A stretch of DNA of 64,000 bases, taken from NCBI GenBank assembly GCA_965217585.1, contig OZ244561.1, forward strand, positions 5,280,001 through 5,344,000, read 5' to 3'. Positions 1 to 10,000 of this stretch are shown in pieces. Made by a program: the position numbers and the translations under genes. This stretch comes from Candidatus Latescibacterota bacterium (GTDB lineage: Bacteria; Latescibacterota; UBA2968; UBA8231). The notes beneath the pieces are model-generated. The model did not search any database. It was not told where the DNA came from and worked only from the letters and a program-made list of their open reading frames with translations. Each line of letters begins with the position of its first letter. The first letter of the stretch is position 1.

Positions 1-168
1 GCCGATGGCCAGTGGGTGATCGGCATACGCGTGGGGGCGCAGGGCCTCCGGGACGTAGCAATGCCTTGGGACGCGGTCAAACGCCGCGAGTACGCGCGGA
101 TCGCGAATGCCGCGCTGGCTGAGTTGCTCGCGCACCATCGCGCGGCGTTGGTCGGCGTAGGAAGTCAT
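1..168 (-). CDS. pcm: Protein-L-isoaspartate O-methyltransferase, 5' part only (runs off window edge)
   Basis: Manual translation from ATG at 168: [56 protein letters not shown], a typical PIMT N-terminus; ATGA overlap with the stop of the GT9 gene. Confidence 0.9.
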   Translation of the reverse strand, partial: MTSYADQRRAMVREQLSQRGIRDPRVLAAFDRVPRHCYVPEALRPHAYADHPLAIG

Positions 169-1058
169 CGCGCGCTCTGGAGAAGGGCTAGCGCTGCATC
201 TATTGCGGCTGCAGTGGGGATTGCAGCGATGTCTGCGGCGGGTGCTTGCAGGACTTGGCTGCGCTTGCCGCGCGGTGCCCACAGCCGGGGATCGGTGGGG
301 CCAAACAGCGTCAGGGTTGGGGTGCCGACGGCCGCGGCGATGTGCCCGGGACCGGAGTCGTTGCCGATAAAGAGTGCGGCTTTGGCGAGCAGGCCGGCGA
401 GGGAGCGCAGGTCTGGGGGATGGAGCGTGGGCAGGCCGCCGCTGGCGAGTTGGCGTTCGCGTTCGATTGGGCCGCACAGAAGCGCGATATGCCAGCCTCT
501 TTTTTGCAGTGCGCTGGCGAGGGCGTGGAAATTTGTCGCGGGCCAGCACTTGGCTGGCGAGCCGCTGCCTAGGTGGATGACGACTTCAGGCGCGGAGGCG
601 AGCGCGTCCACATAGCTGTAGTCGCCGGGCCGCAGCGCGATGTGCGGGGTGCGGTTGCAGACGGGCAGGCCCCATTGCCGCAAGGGGCTTAGCAAGTGAT
701 CGACGATGTGGCCGCGGAAATCGGCTGGGGGCCGCGGGTCCCACAGCAGCACGGGGCCGGCTACGGCTCGGCGCAGTTGCGGGCCAAAGTGTTGATCCAC
801 CGCATAGGCTAGCACACGCTGCGTAGTGGCGAAGAGCTGGCGCGTGGTCGGGGGAAGCGGCCCATCGCGGTGCAGGGCAATCAGGCGCGGGTCTTCGCCG
901 TCGAGGATGGAGGCCGCTGGTCCAAGCGCTAGGGTCGCCGGGCGGCCGATGAGACGCAAGTCGGCGGCGGGAAAGGCCCGGCGCACGGCATCGATGGCGG
1001 GTAGGGTGAGGACGAAATCGCCGATCGCCCCGCCGCGAAATATGGTTGTCGCGCTCAA
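165..1058 (-). CDS. Glycosyltransferase family 9 (ADP-heptose:LPS heptosyltransferase-like)
   Basis: [51 protein letters not shown] motifs. Confidence 0.9.
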   Translation of the reverse strand: MSATTIFRGGAIGDFVLTLPAIDAVRRAFPAADLRLIGRPATLALGPAASILDGEDPRLIALHRDGPLPPTTRQLFATTQRVLAYAVDQHFGPQLRRAVAGPVLLWDPRPPADFRGHIVDHLLSPLRQWGLPVCNRTPHIALRPGDYSYVDALASAPEVVIHLGSGSPAKCWPATNFHALASALQKRGWHIALLCGPIERERQLASGGLPTLHPPDLRSLAGLLAKAALFIGNDSGPGHIAAAVGTPTLTLFGPTDPRLWAPRGKRSQVLQAPAADIAAIPTAAAIDAALALLQSAR

Positions 1059-1157
1059 TTTTGCAGCCCCACTGAGGGCGTCTCTTGCCCGCTAGGAAAT
1101 TTTTGCGTAATTTCTACAATTCTGTTTGCTCGACAACTATCTGAAGGAGTTGGCCTT

Positions 1158-1775
1158 ATGGGGGCCTTAATTGGCAAGAAATTGGGAATGACGCAGGTGT
1201 ACGACGACCGTGAGGAGCTTACGCCGGTGACGATCGTCGCGGCCGGCCCCTGCCCGGTGGTGCAAGTGCGGACCGAAGAGGACAACGGATACTCGGCTTT
1301 GCAGCTCGCATTCGACGAAGTGTCGGAGCGCAAGCTGACCAAGCCGCAAAGGGGCCATCTGGCCAAGGCCGGCGTGAGCGGGCACCGCATTCTGCGCGAA
1401 TTTCGCGGCGAAGAGGGCGACTTCGAGGTCGGCCAAGTCTTGGATGTGAGCCAGTTCGAGGTCGGCCACCGGGTCAAAGTGACGGGCAAATCCAAGGGCA
1501 AGGGGTTTGCCGGGGTGGTCAAGCGCCACGGTTTCCACGGCAAGAACACGAGCCACGGCACGCCCAATACCGTACGCCACGGCGGCTCCATCGGCCAGGG
1601 CACGACTCCGGGCAAGGTGTGGAAGGGCAAGAAAATGCCCGGCCAGATGGGTAACAAGAGGGTCTCCACCAAGGGGTTGACCGTTGAGCGGATCGACGCG
1701 GATCGCAACTTGCTCTTCCTCAAGGGGGCGGTGCCGGGCGGTGCCAATGGCTACATCCTGATACAAACTAGCTGA
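1158..1775 (+). CDS. rplC: 50S ribosomal protein L3
   Basis: GKKLGMTQ, GKSKGKGFAGVVKRHGF, GSIGQ..TPGKVWKGKKMPGQMG, KGAVPG motifs; AAGGAG RBS at 1144-1149. Confidence 0.97.
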   Translation: MGALIGKKLGMTQVYDDREELTPVTIVAAGPCPVVQVRTEEDNGYSALQLAFDEVSERKLTKPQRGHLAKAGVSGHRILREFRGEEGDFEVGQVLDVSQFEVGHRVKVTGKSKGKGFAGVVKRHGFHGKNTSHGTPNTVRHGGSIGQGTTPGKVWKGKKMPGQMGNKRVSTKGLTVERIDADRNLLFLKGAVPGGANGYILIQTS

Positions 1776-1799
1776 CCCCCCTGCTTTAAGAGTGCTTGT

Positions 1800-1834
1800 G
1801 AGGCGGTGCCCGGTGTGGCATCGCCTCTTTTTTT
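1800..1834 (+). terminator. Intrinsic terminator after rplC
   Basis: Stem gaggcggtgcc / ggcatcgcctc (one G-U pair), 6-nt loop, followed by a T7 tract. Confidence 0.8.
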
Positions 1835-2210
1835 ATCCAGGCGGCCACTGCATGGGGCGGCCGCCGAGCAGGTGGACGTGGAGGTGGGCTACCGTTTGCC
1901 CCCCGTCGTCGCCGGCGTTGATGACCAAGCGGTAGCCCGTCGCGTCTAGGCCCTGATCTGCGGCGATCTGGCTGGCCTTGAGGAGCAAGTGGCCGAGCAG
2001 GGGGCCGTGCTTGGGAGCGGCGTGTTGTACGCCGGCGACGACTTCCTTGGGTATGACGAGGATGTGCGTCGGGGCTTGGGACTGGATGTCGCGGAAAGCC
2101 AGACAGTCGTCGTCCTCATAGACGATGTCGGCGGGAATTTCGCGGCGGATGATTTTGCTGAAAATGGTTTCACTGCCTGAAGGCAGCGGGAAAAGCGTTT
2201 CCTCACTCAT
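1833..2210 (-). CDS. Histidine triad (HIT) nucleotide-binding protein, HinT-like
   Basis: TIFSKIIRREIPADIVYEDD, AFRDI..QAPTHILVIPK and HLHVHLLGGR HIT motif. Confidence 0.93.
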   Translation of the reverse strand: MSEETLFPLPSGSETIFSKIIRREIPADIVYEDDDCLAFRDIQSQAPTHILVIPKEVVAGVQHAAPKHGPLLGHLLLKASQIAADQGLDATGYRLVINAGDDGGQTVAHLHVHLLGGRPMQWPPG

Positions 2211-2303
2211 TGGCCTTTCTCACAGGGCTTAGGGGTTTGGTTGCGGCGGATTATAGGCGCGGCGGCTGGAGACGTCAAGCGGGCCGCCGCGATTGCGCTA
2301 GCT

Positions 2304-3020
2304 ATGAATTTGAGCATCGTCATACCCGCGTACAACGAAGAGAAGCGGATTCTCATTGCCTTGGAGCGGACGCTTGCGTTGTTGCAGCAGCGGCCATGGT
2401 CCTATGAATTGCTGGTCGTGGATGACGGCAGCACCGACCGTACGGCGGCCTGCATCGCGGAGTACACCCGTGAGCATCCCCAAGTCCGTTGCGTGCAAAA
2501 TGACCGCAACCGCGGCAAGGGCTATTCCGTGCAGCACGGCGTGGCCGAGGCCCAGGGCCGCTACATCGGCTTTATGGACGGCGACTACAAGACCGACATC
2601 GCCGCGCTGGATCAGGTGATGCCCCTATTGGCAGCAGGGTGGGACGGGGTGATCGGCGACCGGACGCTGAGCGCGACCGAGTTCATCGTTGCGCGCCGGC
2701 GCTACCGGCAGTGGGGGACCGAGGCGTTTGGCTGGCTCTTGCGCAGGCTGATGGGCTTGGGCGAGTTCGGCGATACCCAGTGTGGATTTAAGTTTTTTCA
2801 GGCCGCGGTGGCGCGCGACCTATGCGCTCGGCAGCAGGTCGCCGGCTTCATGTTCGACGTGGAGCTGTTGCTGCTGGCGCGCCAATTGGGTTACCGCATT
2901 GCAAAGATCCCCGTGAAGTGGCGTTTCGACCCGGACAGCCGCTTTAATCCGGTGAGCGGGACGCTTGCCAATCTCAAGGATTTGGCGCGGATCCGCTGGG
3001 TGCATCGCCGCCGATCCTGA
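2304..3020 (+). CDS. GT2 polyprenyl/dolichyl-phosphate glycosyltransferase-like protein
   Basis: LSIVIPAYNEE, VVDDGSTD, NRGKG, FMDGD, DTQCGFK, FDVELL motifs; ATG at 2304 chosen over the upstream TTG. Confidence 0.88.
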   Translation: MNLSIVIPAYNEEKRILIALERTLALLQQRPWSYELLVVDDGSTDRTAACIAEYTREHPQVRCVQNDRNRGKGYSVQHGVAEAQGRYIGFMDGDYKTDIAALDQVMPLLAAGWDGVIGDRTLSATEFIVARRRYRQWGTEAFGWLLRRLMGLGEFGDTQCGFKFFQAAVARDLCARQQVAGFMFDVELLLLARQLGYRIAKIPVKWRFDPDSRFNPVSGTLANLKDLARIRWVHRRRS

Positions 3021-3024
3021 GCGG

Positions 3025-5319
3025 TCAAACGCTGTCGTTGATCTGGCGGATCAAGGCGGCTAAGCGCCCTAGGCATACGGTGAGAAAAATCTCTTGGGCA
3101 ACTAGCGACTCTTGCCGCACCGGGCTGTTGATGAAGCGGCCGATGGCGATGAGAACCACGTACACCGATAGCACATCGTATGCTTGGGCACTGGTGGCAG
3201 AGAGTCCGTCGCGCACGGTGCGCACGACCTGCTGCATGGCCTCGACTAGCGCCTCTTCCTTTTCCTCTTCATAAGCGACGACCACCCCCCGACACAGGGC
3301 CTTTAACTGCGTGCGGTATTCGGCGTCGATGCAGCGGGCCGCGCCCAAGGAGTCCGTTGCCCGGCGCAGCAGGCGGGTGATGGCAGCGACGCGGTCGGTA
3401 TCCTCGCGCGAGAGCAAGCGATAGAACTGGTCGCGGGCACCTAGCGCACGGCAGACCCCGTTGAGTAGCTGCAAGCGCACGGCCGGGGAGGGAAAGTCGG
3501 TCAAGCGGCCTAGTGCGGGTCTGACGATGCGGCGGTCTTGGCGCTCGCCGAGGACGTCGACCAGAGTCGGGAACGTCAGGGGGTCGAAATCGCTGCCAAA
3601 GTGCCAGAATAGCAGCTCCTGGACTTCGTCCCCACGGAGGCTGGCTAGGCCGCGGATGGCGCTGATGCGCACCCGGGGATCGGCGTCGTCCAGCGCATCG
3701 ACCAGCGGATCGATGCTCGTGGAAGATCCGAGGCGGCCTAGGGCCTCGGCGGCTTCGCTGCGGATGTCCGAGCCCCCGTCGAGCAGCTCGCGCATCAAGG
3801 GTTCGGTGGCGCTTGCCGACCGGCTCTCGCCCAAGGCACGGGCGGCGGCGCGGCGCACCCGGGGGCTGGCGTCGGCCAGGGCCTGGACCAATTGCTCGAT
3901 GGCGAGGGGATTGCCCGAACGGCCTAGGGCCTCGGCGGCGCGCGCCCTAGTTCCCTCGGCAGTGGCTAGGCTGAAAATGGTGGCGTTGTAGGCGTAGCTG
4001 AGGACGTTGCCACGCAGCATCCGCGAGAGCAGGCTGCGCGAAGTCGCGCTCCGCGCGTCCTTGACGGTGCGGAGAATGAACAAAGGCGCTAGCCGGGCCA
4101 AGGTGCTGAGGGCAAAGATGACTTGTAAATCGCCCATAGGCACGCCGAACACGGAAAAGTGCAAGCCCTTTAGTTGGGCGACGAGCAGACCGCCCAACAA
4201 GGGGCCGAGCGCACCCATTAAGTTGACCGTCACCGACCAAGTTGCTAGGTACATCGTGCGCTTTTCGCCTTGGGGCAACAGGCCGTAGAGCAGGGGGTTG
4301 ATGCCAACCCCGATCCCGGAGAATAGGATGCCGCTCAGGACCAAAGCCACGGGTATCAGGTGGTAGGCCCCCGGCTGGTTGAAGGCCCAAACAAGAGGCA
4401 GGAACGCGGCCGGCGTCATCAGGATTTGCAGGACGGGTCTGGAGCCGAAGCGGTCGATGAGGCCGGCCCAGAGCCGGTAGCCAGCGATGCTAGTCAGCAT
4501 GAACAGAGCGTTGAAAATCGAGACCTCGGTATAGGAAATCTGCAGGCGGTCGAGCATAAAGACGCTGTAGAGCGGCCCGGCCAGCCCGACGCCAAAGGTC
4601 CACAGGCCAAAAAAGAGGGCGGCGCGGCGGAAGTTGGCGTCGTGGAAGGGCTGCAAGAGGTCGCGCAGGCGCGTGCTTTGTTCGTCGGTGGCGGCCGTCT
4701 GTTGGGGAAAGGGGGCGCGGAGGAGATTGGAGTAGCCCAAGAATCCAAAGAGCGTCCCAGCCGCAAAGACCCAGACAAAGCCGCCCCCGTCGGGGAAAAG
4801 GTCGAGGAATTGGCCGATCGCAAAACCGGCAACCATTGCCACTATGGTGCTGACGATGGTCTGGCGGCTGGCAAAGCGCGCGCGGATATTCTCCGGCACG
4901 GCGTTGGCGATCCAAGTGCTGTAAAAGGGCGAAATCGCATAGCCACCGAACAAGCTGAGGCAGACCATGCCCACCAAGGCTGCGAGTCGGTATTGCTCTG
5001 GGACGAGGAGGGGGATGACCAGCGGTAGCCCGCGAAAGGCGATTTCCACGTAGCCGCCGACGACGACAAAGCGCTTCTTGTTGCGGACGTGGGCGCTCAA
5101 CAGAGGGGCGAGCAATTGCGTCAAAGCGAGGAAGTACGCGGCGGAGGTGAAGAAGGCGATAAAGGCGCCGTCGGCACCTAAGTACAGGGCGAAACCGGTA
5201 AAGGCCGCCGTCCCCAAGCCACAGGCTTGCCCCCAAGCGCCCCACAAGCCGCTGGCGACGACGAAGGAGCGGAGGGCGCGATGCACTTGGCCGCGCGAGA
5301 GAGAAGGAGCATTTTCCAT
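3025..5319 (-). CDS. MFS transporter fused to C-terminal HEAT repeats
   Basis: About 12 hydrophobic helices with an IDRFGSR MFS motif A-like loop; C-terminal repeats RARAAEALG, VRRAAARALG, IRSEAAEALG, VRISAIRGLA. Confidence 0.85.
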   Translation of the reverse strand: MENAPSLSRGQVHRALRSFVVASGLWGAWGQACGLGTAAFTGFALYLGADGAFIAFFTSAAYFLALTQLLAPLLSAHVRNKKRFVVVGGYVEIAFRGLPLVIPLLVPEQYRLAALVGMVCLSLFGGYAISPFYSTWIANAVPENIRARFASRQTIVSTIVAMVAGFAIGQFLDLFPDGGGFVWVFAAGTLFGFLGYSNLLRAPFPQQTAATDEQSTRLRDLLQPFHDANFRRAALFFGLWTFGVGLAGPLYSVFMLDRLQISYTEVSIFNALFMLTSIAGYRLWAGLIDRFGSRPVLQILMTPAAFLPLVWAFNQPGAYHLIPVALVLSGILFSGIGVGINPLLYGLLPQGEKRTMYLATWSVTVNLMGALGPLLGGLLVAQLKGLHFSVFGVPMGDLQVIFALSTLARLAPLFILRTVKDARSATSRSLLSRMLRGNVLSYAYNATIFSLATAEGTRARAAEALGRSGNPLAIEQLVQALADASPRVRRAAARALGESRSASATEPLMRELLDGGSDIRSEAAEALGRLGSSTSIDPLVDALDDADPRVRISAIRGLASLRGDEVQELLFWHFGSDFDPLTFPTLVDVLGERQDRRIVRPALGRLTDFPSPAVRLQLLNGVCRALGARDQFYRLLSREDTDRVAAITRLLRRATDSLGAARCIDAEYRTQLKALCRGVVVAYEEEKEEALVEAMQQVVRTVRDGLSATSAQAYDVLSVYVVLIAIGRFINSPVRQESLVAQEIFLTVCLGRLAALIRQINDSV

Positions 5320-5420
5320 AGCAAAAAAATATCGTTGCGATGGGAGAAAAGGGCAACGAACTTTGCCCGTAGTTTTTTGTTTGGCTTTAAGTTAGACCAC
5401 CACCACAAAGGAGGCGGATT

Positions 5421-6227
5421 ATGGCACTTAAGATGGGATACGCGACCCTGCGCTGGCGGCAGCCGGATTTGGCAAAGGCCCTGCCCGAACTCAAAAAGGC
5501 CGGCTGGGACGGCTGGGAGGGGCGATTGCCTCTCGATTGGTTGGGGCCGCCGCAGCGGCTGAAGCAAGTATGCGAGGACGCGGACATGCCGCTGTGCGTG
5601 TTTACGGCTAGTGGCTCGCCCGAAGACCGCGACTGGGAGCACACCGAGCGCAACAAGCGGCGGATGGATTTTGCCGCCGAGATGGGCGTGGATTGCTTTA
5701 TGTTTATGAGTGGCCGCAAGCCGGAGGGGCGGCCGGCGGAACGCGCCGATATCGAGCGAGCGGCCGAGGGGGCCGAGCAGTGGGCCGAGTACGCCGCCCA
5801 GTACGGGCTGGAGCTAAGCTACCACATCCACACCAACTTGCTGGTGGATTCGGCCGAGGACTGGCGGTTGTACATGAATTTGCTGGACAAGGCGCGGCTG
5901 TGCATCGATGTCTCGCACGCCGAGCTGTGGGACTACGATCCAGTGCAGTCGCTGATCGACTTTTGGCACCAGCTCAACTACGTCCACCTACAGGACTATA
6001 CGTCTTGCACGGTGCGCGAACCGGGGCGCTACAATCCCGAGTGGGTTTCAGTCGGCGAGGGCGAGTGCCTCGACTTTGCCGGGGTGCTCAACACGCTCGC
6101 CGAGCGGAGCTTTGACCGCTGGGTGACCAGTTGTCCGGGCGAGCCGGCCTACGAGGGCGAGGACCCGGTCAGCGAGGCGCGGCGGAGTGCGGGGATGCGC
6201 GACTATTTGCGCGGGTTGGGGTACTAG
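5421..6227 (+). CDS. Sugar phosphate isomerase/epimerase family TIM barrel (AP_endonuc_2/IolE-like)
   Basis: GWDGWE, LSYHIH, LCIDVSH, YVHLQD, VGEG..DF motifs; AGGAGG RBS. Confidence 0.8.
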   Translation: MALKMGYATLRWRQPDLAKALPELKKAGWDGWEGRLPLDWLGPPQRLKQVCEDADMPLCVFTASGSPEDRDWEHTERNKRRMDFAAEMGVDCFMFMSGRKPEGRPAERADIERAAEGAEQWAEYAAQYGLELSYHIHTNLLVDSAEDWRLYMNLLDKARLCIDVSHAELWDYDPVQSLIDFWHQLNYVHLQDYTSCTVREPGRYNPEWVSVGEGECLDFAGVLNTLAERSFDRWVTSCPGEPAYEGEDPVSEARRSAGMRDYLRGLGY

Positions 6228-6237
6228 TGAGCAGGGT

Positions 6238-7032
6238 ATGACAGAGCCAGAGCTATTAACCATAGCCTACGAAGGACAGGATCGTCAGGTATCTTGGCAG
6301 GGTGTAAGTATGAAAGACGGCGATGCGTTCAATTTGTTCATGTCCAACGAAGTTGCAGCACGGCTTTACGATGAAGAAGGCAGGTCCGAATTTGAAACGT
6401 ATCTTCAAAACTTAGCCAGCACGGGATTCGCTCGAGATAGCCTTGAGGCAATTCTAGCAGCCGAGATAAGCGAAAAACCAAGTTGGGCGGTGGGCGAAGC
6501 AATGGCTGAAGCATACCTGAGTCGCGAGTATAAAATCACATGGCCTTGGAACACGGAACGCGACAAACGGCATCCGAATGCGAGCCTTCCGGGTGCAGAT
6601 CTGGTTGGCTTTATAGTTGAGGGCGAGGCTACACGCCTCGTGCTAGGTGAGGTGAAATCATCCACTCACTCCGGGACACCACCGAGTGTAATGAACGGTC
6701 GGAGCGGTTTAATGCACCAGATAGACAACTTAGCAAACGATCTGGCCTTGGTTAGTCAGCTTCTTATATGGCTTTTACCACGCTGTAAAGGAACGGACCA
6801 TGAAACATTATTCAAAGCTGCGGTTAGAATATTCCTTAAGTCGGGAAACAAGGCACTTGCGCTCTTTGGGGTTCTGATTCGGGATACGCAGCCCAATGAG
6901 TTGGATTTACGGACACGAGGAATAACTATGGCGGGAAAACTGCAATGCCCGACAACATGCTGCTTGATCGCAATATATCTGCCTTGCGCCATCGGTGACC
7001 TTCCATCTCGCATACCTGGAGGTGAGCCATGA
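6238..7032 (+). CDS. Putative PD-(D/E)XK nuclease, HamA/DUF1837-like
   Basis: GEAMAEAYL ... GADLVGF ... LGEVKSS spacing resembles the HamA-type catalytic motifs; ATGA-coupled to the downstream helicase. Confidence 0.6.
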   Translation: MTEPELLTIAYEGQDRQVSWQGVSMKDGDAFNLFMSNEVAARLYDEEGRSEFETYLQNLASTGFARDSLEAILAAEISEKPSWAVGEAMAEAYLSREYKITWPWNTERDKRHPNASLPGADLVGFIVEGEATRLVLGEVKSSTHSGTPPSVMNGRSGLMHQIDNLANDLALVSQLLIWLLPRCKGTDHETLFKAAVRIFLKSGNKALALFGVLIRDTQPNELDLRTRGITMAGKLQCPTTCCLIAIYLPCAIGDLPSRIPGGEP

Positions 7033-10000
7033 GTCATTGGCTGCTTGAAGAACAGAAAGAGATGCGCCAACAAGCGCTGAATCAAGCTCAACTTGCACAG
7101 AATTCGCACAAGCTGGCAGACGAAAAATTGATCCGACGTGCTGCCGACGTGCTGGAAATGGCTGTGCTCGATCTCATGCTTGAGGACGTAGCGGATGACG
7201 AGAAAAAGCAAAGGGAACTGCAACTCGCCGCTGCTGATGCCTTTTATTTGCTGCACGCCTTGCCTCGTCCGGCCGACGCACTCGATGCCGGGAAATTCCT
7301 ATTGAGAGCGGGAATCCTTGCCGTATTGGGAGATAAAGAGGCTGATGCAGTGCTATGGTTAGAGAAAGAACCTTGGGATGAGCTTCCCGTTGATTCGGAA
7401 GATTGGCATAAGCGCACTTGGGCAACAGTCCTTGATGTTTGGCTACGACTGATCCGCAAGGATCGCTATACCGACCTCGACGTAGTTCTGAAACGAATCT
7501 CCCGCCTGCGCGATGCCCAATCTGGTTTTGAAAAGAAGTATCTTGTAGGACAAGAAACGGCCCATGCCAAGGTGGTCGCGCTCGAATTGATAGGACTCTA
7601 TCATCTAGCCAAGGCAGCCGAGATTTTAGTCCACTACGCGATAGATGGAAATTACCAAATACGCCGAGAGCTCAATACTCATTTTCGCCGGGTACTAGCT
7701 GTCTGCGAACATGCGCGAATGATCGACTTGGAAATACTCGGTCGTCTGCTTGCCGCTAGCGCCTCGCAGATGGCCGAAAGATATATGCCAAACCAAACTG
7801 TGTTTGTACTAGGTCAAATCGTCGTATTGAAGTCTGATCCTTCTGTGAAAGGTGCGGTTGTGGAAGTGCTGCCGGGCGAGGATGAAAGCCGGGTCAAGGT
7901 GTTTGTGGATGGCAGTGTGCAGACGTATTATGCCTCTCAGTTACAGGCCGAGGAGCGGCCCGCTGATGGCTTGCAGCCGCTTTCGCGCGACCTGTTTCAT
8001 GCCTACCTGACCGCGCTACAGATTCGGCATCCCAGCCTATCGACATTGTATTCGCTCAACGCGGCACGTGTCAATTTTATCCCTTATCAGTTCCGGCCCG
8101 TGCTGAGGTTCATTCGGTCAGACCGTCCGCGCCTGTTGATCGCGGATGGCGTCGGGGTTGGCAAGACCATTGAAGCCGGATTGATCTTGCGGGAGTTGCA
8201 AGCGCGGCGGGAGATCAAGTCTGTACTCATTATATGTCCCCGTCCGTTGGTGACCGAGGAGAAATGGAAGAGTGAGATGAAGCGGTTTGGCGAAGACTTC
8301 ACCGATTTGGACGGCCCAACGCTGAGGTATTGCATCAAGGAAATGGATCTGGATGGCGAATGGCCCGTTCAGCATCAGAAAATGATTCTCCCGTACTCGT
8401 TGTTCAACAAAGAGCTTCTTTACGGGCCAGAGGGCGGAAGAAGGCGGGGAAAAGGGCTATTAGATTTGGACCCGCCGCCGCGTTTCGACCTCGTGATAGT
8501 GGATGAAGCGCATCACATCCGCAATCCGAACAATTATCAAGAGGCCGTTCGATTTTTCTGTGACTACGCCGAGGCTGCGGTCTTTTTGACCGCAACCCCG
8601 ATCCAGCTTGGTAGCGAAGACCTGTTTGTGCTGCTGAACGTGCTGCGGCCCGACCTGATTCGGGATACGGAGAGCTTTGAGCATATGGCCGCGCCGAATC
8701 CGTTTATCAATAAAGCGGTGGACCATGCGCGGACCCAAGAGGCGGATTGGACGGCTCAGGCTATGGAAGCACTTGACGAAGCAGCCGCTACGGGTTGGGG
8801 ACGAGCCATTCTCAGCCGCAATCCTGAGTTTGAGCGAGTCAGGGGGCAACTTGCTACGGGCTGCGTGGCTGCGGACGAACGCATCCAGCTCATCACGGAC
8901 ATGGAAGCGCTACATACCTTTGCGGGCATGATTAACCGGACGCGGCGGCGTGATATTGGGGCGTTCACCGTGAGAAAGCCGGAGACGAGGCATGTGGAGT
9001 TCACGCCCAGCCAAAAGCAGCTTCACGACGAATTACTCGCTGTTCAGGCGGACATATTCAGTCGGCTTCATGGGGATAGGAATGTCAAGTTTATGATGAC
9101 CACGATTAGACGCCAGACCGCGAGTTGCTTGTATGGATTGGCCCCTTTCCTCGAGAGCATTCTGAATCGCCGACTCGACGAATTGGAGTGGGAGGAAGCC
9201 GACGACGGGGAGCCCGTCCCGCCAAGCGATGTCGTCGCTTTGATCCGATCCCAGATCGAGGGCGTACTTGAGAAAGCGCGTGCGCTTGACCCCCACGATC
9301 CAAAGTTGGAGGAACTGCGCACTGTCATCCGGGAAAAGCAAGCCTTGTCTAACAACAAGGTCATGCTGTTCAGCAGTTTTCGCCACACACTGCACTATCT
9401 TTACGAGAAGCTCAGGGCGGATGGTGTGCGCGTCGCCATGGTCCACGGCGGGACGCCAGATGAGGAGCGTGTTGAACTGCGGCGTATGTTTGAGAGATCG
9501 CGCGAGGACAGCGACGCTCTCGATGTCTTGCTGTTCTCGGAGATTGGTTGCGAGGGCTTGGATTACCAGTTCTGCGATTGCATTGTAAACTACGACTTGC
9601 CTTGGAACCCGATGCGGGTGGAGCAGCGGATCGGTCGCATTGACCGCAACGGCCAGCAGACTGAGAGCGTTGCCATCGTCAACCTGATCACGCCGGGCAC
9701 TGTTGACGCGGACATTTATGAGCGTTGCCTCAAACGCATAGGCGTGTTTGAGCAGGCTCTCGGCAGTAGCGAAGAAATCCTCGGGGAGATTTCTAAAGAA
9801 ATAAAGAACATTGCCGAGAACTATACCTTGAACGAAGAGGAACGCCAAGCCCAACTCCAGCAGTTGGCAGACAATAAAATTCGCTTAATACAAGAACAGG
9901 AAGGGTTGGAACAGAAGCAGATGGAGCTTTTTGGCATTCGTCTCCCTGAAGACCAGATGAAGAGGGAGATTAGAGACGCTTCGAGCTTTTGGTTGACGCC

